Below are positions 25,780-37,183 of a stretch of 64,000 nt of DNA, piece after piece. Under the pieces are notes generated by a model. The model did not search any database and had not been told where the DNA came from. It saw only the letters and a program-made list of their open reading frames with translations. A program made the position numbers and the translations under genes. This DNA comes from Phaeosaccion multiseriatum. Lineage: Eukaryota > Protista > Ochrophyta, other classes. Numbering within the stretch: position 1 is the stretch's first letter; each line of letters begins with the position of its first letter. Where the stretch lies: the NCBI GenBank assembly GCA_965112735.1, contig OZ218958.1:868001-932000 (forward strand). The letters run 5' to 3'.

Positions 25780-27434
25780 ATGGAGCATCATGAGACGGAA
25801 GAGAGGCCTGTCCCGGAGGAGGAGCTCCCCAGTGCCGCTCCTGTCGAGCAGCGAGAAGAGCCAGAGAAGGGCATTAATACTTCCGCCTTGGAGGTCGTAC
25901 AGCAGCAGAAGGAGAAGGGGGGGATGGGGGGGGAGGGAGGGGACGCTCCTGCGGCAGACCACTGGACGTCGCTTAGCTTCCAGAGCCTGCGACGCCGCTT
26001 GCAGCTATTCGCGGCGGAGAGGGACTGGGACCAGTTTCACACACCACGGAATCTCGCTTTGGCCATGATGGGCGAGGTGGGGGAGTTGGCTGAGGTAGGA
26101 CAGGAGAGGGCGCATCTGAGATGATGCAGAAAAGAAGGGGTGTGGGGAGGGGGGAAGAAGTGAAAGAGAGTGCGGGGAGACTGATCTAATCACGTGACAC
26201 GTTGGCTCTTCGCTCTCCTCTCCTCGTGTGCCAGTGCTTTCAATGGAGAACAGCAGAAGACTGCTCTGACGGGCTCAGAGGGCTTACATCCAAGCAAAGG
26301 GAGCACGTTGGCGAGGAGCTGAGGTGAGTCCTTGGGCGGATCAGATTGTGCGAGGCCTGAGTCGCTCGTTAGAGGGTCGGAGAGTCATGCGGCTGTTCCG
26401 AGAAACAAACAAACAAGCAAGCGAGGAAGGAAGGAAGGAAGGAAGGAAGGAAAGGAGCACTTCATAGCGGAAGTTGCTGCCTCACCCCTGGTCCTTCACC
26501 CCTCCACCCCTCCACCCCTCCAACCCTCCACCCCTCCTCCTCTTCACCCCCCTCTTCCTCACCGACACACACAGTGACGTGCTGCTATATCTCTGCCGCC
26601 TGGCGGATCGTTGCGGGGTTGACCTCCCCGCCGCGGCGCTGCTTAAGATCGACCTCAATGCCGCCAAATACCCTGCTGGGCTGGTGCGGGGAAGCAGCAG
26701 CAAGTACACCGCCTACGCCAAGAAGACGGGCTTTCACAAGGGCGCCGCGCAGGTATGTATTGCTACTTCCGTAAGGAGGCCAAGTGATACGTAAGGAAGG
26801 TCCCCACAGTTAGAGTTAACCCCTCCCCTCCTGTCTGGATCCTAGGGCAGGGGGAGCGTGTCAAAGATGTCACACAGAGAGATGAAGAGTGTCAAACGAC
26901 TTCTTAATTAATGTCGTGTCTCGGGATTTGATTTGATTCGATGAATTATTTCTCCGTTCGGTCTTCACTCCCCACGTCTCGAAACTCGTACATTCACATG
27001 TGCCCTTCCGCTGCCATCGCCCTTTCTCCCCATACGCACGCACTCACTCTCTGCCCTCGCCTCCCGCCGTACCAAAGTCCACCCTTTCCCAGGGGGGGCA
27101 CCGAAAGGAGCAGCAGCAGCAGCAGGAGGAGGAGGAGGAGGAGGAGGAGGAGGAGGAGGAGGAGGAGAGGGAGGAGCAGCAGGAGGACAAGGACGGAGAG
27201 GAGCAGCAGGAGGAGGAACAGAAGGGGAAGGGGGGCCTAGAAGACGCGCCTCGACTCTTCACCACGGAGGCATGCCCCTGGCAGGAGCTGGAGTTGGAGG
27301 AGCTCCGACGGCGGCTGAGGCGTTTCGCAGAGGAGCGGGAGTGGAGGCAGTTTCATAGGCCACGGGACCTTGTACTTGCCCTCAGCGGAGAGGCCGGGGA
27401 GCTGTGCGAGGTGGGTGTGTGAGTGGGTGGATGG

Positions 27435-27471
<37 letters not shown>

Positions 27472-27488
27472 TGTGAGTGGGTGGATGG

Positions 27489-27540
<52 letters not shown>

Positions 27541-28499
27541 CGTGTGTGTGTGTGTGCAGGGATGTGTGTGTACGTGTGTGCGTGGGTTTACACGGCAGAA
27601 CTTTCCCCATCCAATAGACTTGACCAATTGTGTGCGCGTGTGTGGTGATGCTTGACTTGTGCTTCTTTCTCCCACTTCCCTCCCCAACTCAAACTCAAAC
27701 TCCATACTCCAGTGCTTTCAGTTCAAGACGGAGGAGCAGTGCAGCGCGGGCCTGAAGGCCTGGCCCATCGAAAAGAAGGACCATCTGGCGCAGGTTAGAT
27801 TGGAGTAGGACTTTCTCCCCCCTCCTCACTCACGCTCTCGCTCTCGCTCCCTCTCCCGCTCTCTCTCATTCTTGCTTTCTCCCTCTCCCTCTCTCTACCT
27901 ACCCCCCCCCCCTCTCTCTCTCGTTCTCTAATGTCCCTCTCTCCCCCTCTCTTTCGCTCCTCCCCTCCCATCCCCATCTGCCTCCAACCAACAGGAGTGT
28001 AGCGATGTCCTCATCTACCTAGTAAGACTAAGCGACGAGTGCGGCCTTGACCTAAGCAAGCACGTCTTGAGGAAGTTGCAAAAAAACGCCCGCAAGTACC
28101 CGGCACATCTCTCGGCGGGCAAGAGGTAAGTAGAGTGAAAGGGCTGAAAGACAGCATGTCATCCTCATCATCATTCCTCTCTTTAATCTCCACCCCCCCC
28201 CCCCTCTCCTGTGACGCACGCACGCACGCACGCACGCACGCACTCACGTACCCACACTGCGTGCCGCCCATTGCAGTGACAAGTACACCGCCTACCAGAG
28301 CTTGAAAGAGGCCTCCACTGTCGGAGTAGCACGGGGTACCGACGCTGCGCAAGGCACAGCAGTTGGTGATACAGCAGCATCCCCTGGGCCAGGGGAGGGG
28401 GGGCTCTGCGGGCCGAGAAGCAGCAGGAGCGCTGTGCCTCTTGTGGCTTCGCTTGGGGGCTTGGCGTTGGGCTTGCTCATCTCTAAGCTTCGAGGTTGA
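25780..28499 (+). CDS. DCTPP1: Tandem two-domain dCTP pyrophosphatase (MazG-like, DCTPP1 family) with a C-terminal hydrophobic tail
   Basis: Domain 1: LRRRLQLFAAERDWDQFHTPRNLALAMMGEVGELAECFQW...HVGEELSDVLLYLCRLADRCGVDL...KIDLNAAKYP. Domain 2: LRRRLRRFAEEREWRQFHRPRDLVLALSGEAGELCECFQF...ECSDVLIYLVRLSDECGLDL...KLQKNARKYP. Exons 25780-26094, 26235-26323, 26575-26752, 27093-27410, 27713-27793, 27995-28125, 28277-28499. An upstream in-frame ATG (25504) is possible. Confidence 0.9.
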
Positions 28500-29260
28500 C
28501 CGACTGACTGACTGACTGGCTGACCGACTGACTGACTGACTGACTGACTGACTGACTGGCTGGCTGATCGCTGTCATGCGCTGTGTCATGCATCTTCGAT
28601 CGAAGTGTTCGATCGGCCCCAAAGAAGGGAGGGAGGCAGGGAAGGGGATGTGGAGGAGGAGGAGGATTGTATACTGTGAAGCCTTGCTGCGCAGCAGCGG
28701 AGCAACAGAAGAGAAGAAAGAGACTGACTGACAAGAGGCTGAAGGAAGGACACCAAAGTTGTTCGTTTCCTTAAGACAAAAGGACAAGCAAGCATGACTA
28801 TCCCTTCGTTCTCTCCATCCGGGTAGTAGTGGCTCTGCCATTGCTGTCAAAGTGCAGCGACTGTGCTCTGCTGCCAGGCACCCCTAAGTCAGTCGGCTCG
28901 AGAGACATTCCATCTACTGCTGTCTGGAGAGGTGCCCCCTCCCTCTTCCCTTCCTCTTCTTACATCCCTTCTCCTATACAGTCTCCGACGGCGGCGTCGA
29001 TCCCTCGTCGTTCAGTGCTCGCCCTCTTGCTCTCTCTCTCTCTCTCTCTGTTCGTCTCTCCTTCGCTCTCTCTCTTGCTCTCTCTCTGCTCGTCTCTCTC
29101 GTTCTCCCCCTTCCTCTCTCGCTCTCTCTCTCTGCGCCTTTCTCCGTCTCACAGTCGAATAGGAGGTGTGTGTAGAATCCACCCTCCCCCTGTCCTGAGG
29201 TGTGCATACCGTATAGCCAACCCTCCAACCTCTCTAAGTCCAGAATCCCTCACATTCCAC

Positions 29261-29892
29261 TCAGCCAGTGACGCTGAATATGCTCTCGCCGACGTACTTG
29301 ACATTAGAGGTGGTGACGCCAGCCATGGATATCCTGCCGTCTCCTGTGAAGTAAATGTGATTGTCTGCCCGCACCTATTTGTTCGATGATGGATGGATGG
29401 AAGGATGGATGGGTAGGTGGATGGATGGATGGATGGATGGATGGATGGGTGGATAGATGATGGATGGAGGTAGATGGGAGCGGGTAAGACAGAAGTGGGA
29501 AAGGGCAAGAGATCAGTCCGTCAGGGGGGATTCATGTTCATCAACTTGTGTGTGTGTTTGTTTGTTTGTCTGTCTGTTTGGTAGTTTGCTTCCTTGCTTC
29601 CATTCCTTCCTTCCTTCCTTCCGTCCTTCTCTCCATCTTACCTTGAGCACTTCTTCGTTGGTGAGACCCGTGTAGCAGAACATGCCGATTTGGTCTGTGA
29701 TGTGAGACCAGTCGCGACTGTGGAAGGGAAGGAAGGGGAGGAGGAGGAGGAGGAGGAGGAGGAGGAGGAGAAGGAGGAGGAGGATGAGCAACATACCACC
29801 GTGAAGTGAACAGTGCGCTACACATACACACCCACACCCACCGACACGTAGACAAACAAATGCACACACGTACACACACGCACACACACGCC

Positions 29893-29948
<56 letters not shown>

Positions 29949-32475
29949 GCTGCCCAGCTTCTCGAGCGTGAGCCTGAGTGCCTTCCTCATTCCCTTGATG
30001 CGCGTGGCCATTTCCTGACACTCTACTGCCCACTCCTTCTTGAGCTCGGGGTCAGAAAGAATTGCCTCCACCAAGCGGGCGCCGTACACAGGCGGGTTGG
30101 AGTACTGGGGGGACGGGGACAAGAGGGTGGTGGTGGTGGTGGTGGTGGGTGGGGGTGGGGGGGTGAGCAGCAGCAGGAGGAGGAGGAGGAGGAGGAGAAT
30201 CTCTAGGCAATGCCAGGCCTGTCCCTCTCTCTTTCTGTCTGTCTCCCTCTCTCGTTCTCTCTCTCACAAGCACTGTCTCCATCTATTCATCTCTCTCTCC
30301 CTCCTTTTAAAGGCTTACCATAGGCCGAATAATCATCTTAAGCTGGCTCTCCACCCTCGCCTTCTCGTCCTTGTCCGCACACACCACCGACAGAGCGCCA
30401 ATGCGCTCTCCGTACAGACCAAAGTTCTAAAGGAGAGAAAAGCAAGTGGAGGGGTTGAGTTAGAGGAAGGTGATGGCGGAGCATTTGGAGACACAGGGAG
30501 CAAAGCAGGGGGGGGAGGGTGGTTGTTCAGCACTCGCCAGGATTGAAGTGAGCCTTCCTCAGGAAGACAGACGCAGTCACGCACGCACTTACTGACGTTG
30601 TTGACTTACCTTGGCGAAGGACTGCCCGAGCGCCACGGAGTGTCCGTCGTCAACGAAGAGGCGGAGAGCAGCAGCGTCCTTCTCAGGATCACCAGATGCG
30701 AAACCCTGTGCAGAGGAGGGGATGGTAATAGATGGGGGGGGGAGAGAGGAAAGCAGGTAAGCCCGAGCGGCACCAGCACCAACACGACCACCACTACCAC
30801 CACCACGACCCTTGGGCATCCCCCCCCCCTCTCCTGTAGTCTCGCTAGCTCCTTGACCTGGTAGGCGCAGTCAAAGAAGACGACAAACTTCTTATCCTTG
30901 GAGAGCTGTGAGAGCTGCTTCCATTGGTCCATACTGGGGTCCACTCCTGTGGGGTTGTGAGCACAGGCGTGGAACATGACGACGCTTCCCTCGGGGGCCT
31001 CGGAGAAGTCTGCCACCATGCCGTCAAAGTCCAGCCCACAGGTTTCCGCGTTGTAGTATCTAGTATGAGTATGTACGGGAGGAGACGGCGCAGGAAGGAA
31101 AGGCAGACGGAAGGGGAGAGAGAGAGGGGGGGAGAGAGAGACCGAGAGAGAGAGGGAGAGAGAGCACAAAAGGGAAAGAGAAGAGGGATAGAGGTTGGTG
31201 GCAATGCAATAATGCCAGGGCTCTTGATTAGAGGGCTTCCTGCCGTCTGAAATGATGGTCGGTGATGGTCGGTCGCTTTGACGACTGATGGGAAGGGCTG
31301 GAGCTGTTGCCACCATAAACAAAGTAGATGGGGTAGTAGTACCTCTTGGCTTGGCAGGGGGGGCTGCTAAAAGTCGAGGCCATGCTCCCTCTCGTACGCA
31401 GGCCTTCCTAACTCGGCATGGCTTTCAATCTCCTTCTCCCTCTCCCCTCCCCTCCCCTCTCTCACCCCCCATCCTCCTCCCCATATACCTGTAACGCTTC
31501 ACCTCCATGCCCGCGTTGTTGTAAATGGGAATGTGGTTGCCCCAGGTTGGGTTGGGCAAGTATATGGGCAAGTCCTTCCCACCAAAGCGGACCAGCAGGT
31601 CTCCCAGAACCCTGCACGCACCCGTCCCAGACAAGGTTTGCACCCCTGCGGCAGCAGCCAGTCAGTGCCAGCAGCCCAGGGCCGGGGAAGAATACGATAC
31701 CAATCGAAACCGAAAGCAGTGCAAGAAGGGCTCGGTGTGTTAGTGCAATGGGAGTGCTGCTATGACCGTGAGCCCACATCTGCTGTGGTATATACCGAGC
31801 GCTAGCTACCGAAAGGTTGTGTACCTGCTATCCTCCCCTCCTTGAGGGCCGCGCTGTCTTCGCCGTAGGCGAACTTGAGCGACAGATTGACAAAGTCCGG
31901 CACTCCGGCAATCCCGGCGTACTCGTGGTTCATTTGCTGCACGGGCAAAGGAGGGCCACAACTGGGAGGTCAATGGGTGAGAGAGGGAGAAGAAGTGGCA
32001 ATACTGTTGCAAAGTATCTCGTCCCGTCAGTCCTCCAGATGAAAACTACGTGCTTCTCCACCGACCTTCTGCAGCACAATCTCCTCCGCTTTTCGAACGC
32101 TGTTAAGGACGAAGGGCTTGCCGTTGTCTCCGCGGTACGCTCCCACACCTAACGACACTTTACGGGGGTCGGTATCCTTGTTGAAGGCCTCTGCATTGGC
32201 AGGACGAACACAGCGGAGCAAACAATGTGAGGAGGACAGAGAGGAAGCAAAGGGGAGAAGGAGACGTGAGGAGCATGCCAGACATTCGCTCTAGATCAAG
32301 GGCCGTTTACCCTCCTCTCTCTCGCCCACCCTTCCCCTCTCTCTCTCCGTCTTCTTGCTTTCCAACCTGTCAGCCCCAGGATAGGGTCGGGTGGACCCAT
32401 GGGCATACCACTCCAGATGGCCCTTCTCTGCCCGCCGGCGACGGCCGCGCTCCTCTGCAGTACCCTTCTCAGCAT
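29261..32475 (-). CDS. GOT2: Mitochondrial aspartate aminotransferase
   Basis: Arg-rich presequence [21 protein letters not shown], then [77 protein letters not shown]|NFGLYGER (PLP lysine), [31 protein letters not shown] at 29261-29263. Confidence 0.95.
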
Positions 32476-32854
32476 GATGGAGAGAGAGAGAACAACTGAA
32501 ATGGGAGAGCACAGCGATGTCCCTCTCCTTACGTAATTTTTCTCCATAATTTTTTTCCGGGTGCCCTTCTGGGCCAGAGAGCAAGAGCAGAGTATATCAA
32601 AACAAACCACGCCTGACATCGAACACTGCAGTACCGGAGGCCTTGGTGACCGAGTCCTTGATAGGCAGCGCTCGTGGCTGAAGTCGTTTGATTGAGAAGC
32701 CGCTCTGTTATCTTTTGCCAACCCGATTGAAGCCGCGGGGAGAGGGGGAGGGGAAAAGAGGAAGGACAGGAGCTGGGAGAGCGGTCAGCAGGAGCGGGGG
32801 CGGAAGACTCCATCCAATTAGCGGCCGGAGTCGAAGTGCAGCGCGGACTGAAGA

Positions 32855-35800
32855 ATGGCATCATTGTTGGAATCTTCGTAAGTCCTTTTCCCTTTCATCC
32901 ACAATCCACGACCCTCACATCCACAATCCACGACCCTCTCACGGGGCAAGTCTTCCTGCCTCACCCCCTCTCCTTCCGTATGCGCGTAATACTGCGGCGG
33001 CAGTGGGGCTTATTGGCAGTGTCCTCCCTGTCTCGCTTCCCTCCCCTCCAGAACACACACATAACACTCGCCAAATACCTGTAAGCCTTGCTCAATTTCT
33101 TTTCCTCCACTCCTCCCCCCCTCCTTCTTCGTCTTTCCAGCTTACATACGTGTCTCCCATACTTTCACACGCCCTCTACACAATTATCCATCTCTCTCCT
33201 CCTCTCTCTCGTTCATGAAAGCCCCCTGAATGACCGACTTTACACGCGTTCGCTCATGGCTCCCCCCCCCCTCCTCTTCTCTCCCCCCTCGGTGTCGCGG
33301 GTGTGTGGTGCTGGAGCAGCCTCGATGCAGGCCACATTGGAAACGGAGGCCATGCCAACTATGATAGCAATAGCAACAGCAGCAACCCTCAGCAGCCAGG
33401 CAAGCAAACCAAGATCCACAGCAAGTATTGCTTCTGGTACAAGCGGAAGGGGGGCAAGGGCGGAGGGCCCGAGGCAGGAGCTGGTACAGCAGGAGCAGCG
33501 GGCGCAGCGGCGGGGTCGTCGAACAGGGACAGCAGGCACGACTACGAGAACTCCATCAATCAGATTGCCACCTTCGACACTGTCGAGCAGTTCTGGGCCA
33601 TATACGACCATCTGCAGAAGCCGGATGTCGTACCTGCCTCCACGGACTTTCACCTCTTCAAGGTTCGCTCGTCAGCTTGCGTGCTGTATGTGACGGTGGC
33701 GTGGTAGAGGCATGTTATCCTTCCTCCATTTCTGTCGCCTTTCCTCCTTCCTCCCCTCTCTCCCTCCCTCCCCCCCTCCTTCCCTGTCCCCCTTTCTATG
33801 TGCATGTATCGCGGCTCACTCACTCTCTCTCTCTTGGCGCGTGGTGGTGTGATGTGGTGTATCACCAACTGGTGTGGTCTTGTGTGACGCACAGGAGGGC
33901 ATTAAGCCCGCGTGGGAAGACCCGAACAACGCTCGAGGCGGGCAGTGGTCCGTGCGGCTGAAGAAGGGGCTGGCCAGTCGCTACTGGGAGGAGGTGATTC
34001 TGGCCATCATCGGAGAGCAGGTGCTTTGCTTGGGCTAAGGGCCGGTATCGCTTGGGCTAGGGGCAGACATTGCTCGTGCCGAGGGCATTACTTGGCTTGA
34101 GGGAACGGTAGCGAGGGCCCGATAAAAGCCCTCACACTAGCTCCTCCTGCTGCTTCGTAGTACTACTATATATAGTAAGCCCCCCCCCCACACCACACAC
34201 TAACTCATTTCGCCCACACCACACACTGACTCATTTCGCTTGTCTTCCTCCCTGCCGTCACTCTGTGCTTGCTTTCCTTTCGTGCTTTCCTTTCATGCTT
34301 TGCTTTTGCCTCTTCAGTTCGATGTTGGGAACGAAATTTGCGGCGCAGTGGTGAGCATCCGCTACCAGGAGGATACCATTCAAATCTGGAACAGAAACGC
34401 GGACAACAAGGAAGCCACGGAAAAGATCAAGGAGTTCCTGAAGAACATTCTGAAACTGCCGCCCTTCATCTCGCTGGAGTACAGGAGACACCAGGTATGA
34501 GATGGCACTGTATGGCAGTGTTATGGCGCGATGTTGTCAGTCCAAGCCCTTGTGAAGCAGCGACCCCCCTTCTACCAAGAGGGAAATGAGAGATAGAGAG
34601 AGAGAGAAATGAGAGAGAGAGAGAGAAAAATGAGAGAGAGGGAGAGAGAGAGAGAGAGAGAGGGAGGGAGAGGGCGAGAAAGAGAGAGAAGACAGACAGG
34701 GACAGAGAGAGAGACAGCTGACCTGCGAACACTTTTGTTGGGGTTGTCTTGTACATTGCCGCCGCTGTTGTGTCTTTCTCTTGTTGTCTCCGAACGACAT
34801 CCCCCATCGCACACAGGAGAGCCTGTCTGGCGTAACAGGGGGAGGGTTCCACAACGCTGCTGGCCCTCAGCCCCAGGGGGGCTTCCAAGGACGTACAGGA
34901 GACACGGGTGGAGGTGGAGGAGGGTGGGGTGGGGGGCGTATGGATAGGGACAAAGGTCGAAGGGGTCCCACCAGCCTGGGAGACCGCAAGGACAGGAGCA
35001 GGGGCGGTGGCGGGAGCGGAGGTGGAGGTGGTGGCGGGGGTGGGGGTGGGGGGGGCTACGAGAATTACACGGAGAGCGACGGAGGCCTGGCAGCGATGGG
35101 CTTCACTGTACCGCCCGATCAACCGTCGGATAGGGTGGCCCTGTCAGATCGGGGCCCCCGAGACCGACTGGATCAGGGCGACGGATTAGAAGTACCGATG
35201 ATGCAGAGGCCCGGCTTGGGAGGGGTGTCGCGCTACGATAGAGACAGGGCCGGGGGAGGAGGAGGAGGAGGAGGAGGGGGGGGAGGGAGCGCGGGAGCCT
35301 ACACCCGACCCGGGGCGTACGACCGGTGAGTACTCCTCGCTTTGGTAGTCACTGAGGACGGAAGGACGGACAGGGGGAGGAAGGGAGGAAGAGGAGGGAG
35401 GTTGGGGCGCTTTTTGTTGTTCACAATAGGTTGCAGACTGACTCCACCGACTGACGGCTATGGCTGCCTGCCCCTCGCCCCTCCCCCCTTTTTTTATTTG
35501 TTTCGCTGGCCCGCTGAGAGTGACACATCATTTGCAAGAGTCACACCGTATCCTCACTCACTCGCACAGCTTGAACACACACACGCACCCCCCCCAAACC
35601 AGCGCATGGTTCATCACAGCGCACTGTTCACTCACTCTCCTCCCTTTTCGCTACTTCTCCCTACCTTTCTTTGTTCTTTGTGGGCATTTTATTTTGTCTT
35701 GGTCGATGTTGTTGTTGTGGGCCACACACACAGGGAACGATCACGCACGGACAAAGATGAGAACACTCGCTGGAGCCAGCTGCGAGGGCGGGGCAATAGC

Positions 35801-36235
35801 GGAGCCTCCGCCAGTACAAGCGGAGTCACAGGAGGAGGAGGAGGAGGAGGAGGGGGAGGGATGGGGCAGCATCAGCAGCAGCACCAGGGCAGTAGCGGTG
35901 CACCCGGAGCAGGCGGGATGGGAGGCGGGGGCGGTAGCGGTAGCGGCAGGGACTGGAGCAAGGTACGCACAGTCAGCGTGGGCAGTGCGAGCAGCGCGGA
36001 GGGGCAACAGCACTATGGAAGCAGCGGGCCCTCCGGAAGCCCCTTCCTCTCCTCCAACAACGGGCCCCAGCACGGGGGTGGGGGTGTTCATCCCGGAGGG
36101 GAGCAGCCGCTGCACAGCGCCGCTGACAGAGACTGGAGGAAAGCGCGTCCCGAACGGAGTCCGGCCAATGGGGGGGGGGCGCCTCTCGGGGAAGAGGGGG
36201 CTGCTGCGGGGGGAGCTTGGCGGAGGAGTAAGTGA
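32855..36235 (+). CDS. EIF4E2: Class II eIF4E (4EHP/nCBP-like) cap-binding protein with a long Gly/Arg-rich C-terminal extension
   Basis: IHSKYCFWY, DYENSINQIATFDTVEQFWAIYDHL, DFHLFK|EGIKPAWEDPNNARGGQWSVRLKKGLASRYWEEVILAIIGEQ|FDVGNEICGAVVSIRYQEDTIQIWNR. Tyr sits at the W43 and W56 equivalents, as in class II. Putative first exon MASLLES at 32855; later exons ~34818-35325 and ~35734-36235. Confidence 0.85.
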
Positions 36236-36409
36236 GTGAGTGAGTGAGTGAGTGAGAGTGGTTTAGAGTTAAACTATTGGGGGCTCAGTTCGGCAGAGAC
36301 GGCGGACGAGAAGATTGGAGAGAGGGAGGAAGATGTGTGGGCGAGTTTATACTCTGAGCGATAGGCTCTGAGGCACAGATGACATCGTTTTGCCCGTTGG
36401 GGGGCACAG

Positions 36410-36459
<50 letters not shown>

Positions 36460-37183
36460 GGGAGATGACGACGAGGCGAGGTGACTTGCTGCTGCTTGCT
36501 GATCGAGTGCGTACCATGAGGAGGGCGCAATATGCTCGATTGAGTGATGGCGTTGAATGTCGACGGGGAAACCTGCACTGAAGACGCACTGTGCGTGGAA
36601 GGAGGATGGCAGTGGAAGGAGATACTGAGGAGGGGGGATTTGCCCCTGGCTGGTACACAGCATACATTTGCAGTTGCTTTGTCTTTGTTAACGAATCTCA
36701 AAAGACCCGTCTCAAATCCTTCCTTCTTCCCACGAGTGGGGTTGAGCTTAGGGTTCATGTTCAATGGCAGGGAACAGTGACAGTTGTGGGGAGGGAGGAG
36801 GTCGAAGCGGACGGTGAGGAGGGAATACCGGTAGGAAGGGAGGGGCGATCGAGCGAGCAACAGAGAAAGCACGCGTATCGAAGGGTGGTGAAGGTCTTTC
36901 GAGAAGTGAACAGATGGAGATGGGTGTTGGAGATGAGAGAGAGAGAGAGGGACACCAGTGGAGAAGCGATTTTCGATACCATCGATTTGAAATATCGAAG
37001 ACCTCGACATCGATTTGAACTCACATCTCTCCTTCCATCTTTTCCTTTTCTCTCCCCTCTCCTCACACGTAAGTGCCAAGCGAAGGGTATGGAGTGTAAT
37101 ATAGACGGAGGGTGCTCTTCCGGTTGAGCTCCGGGTTCACCATGCTTCCTTGTGCGGTGTAAGAAACAAAAACAACAACAAAG

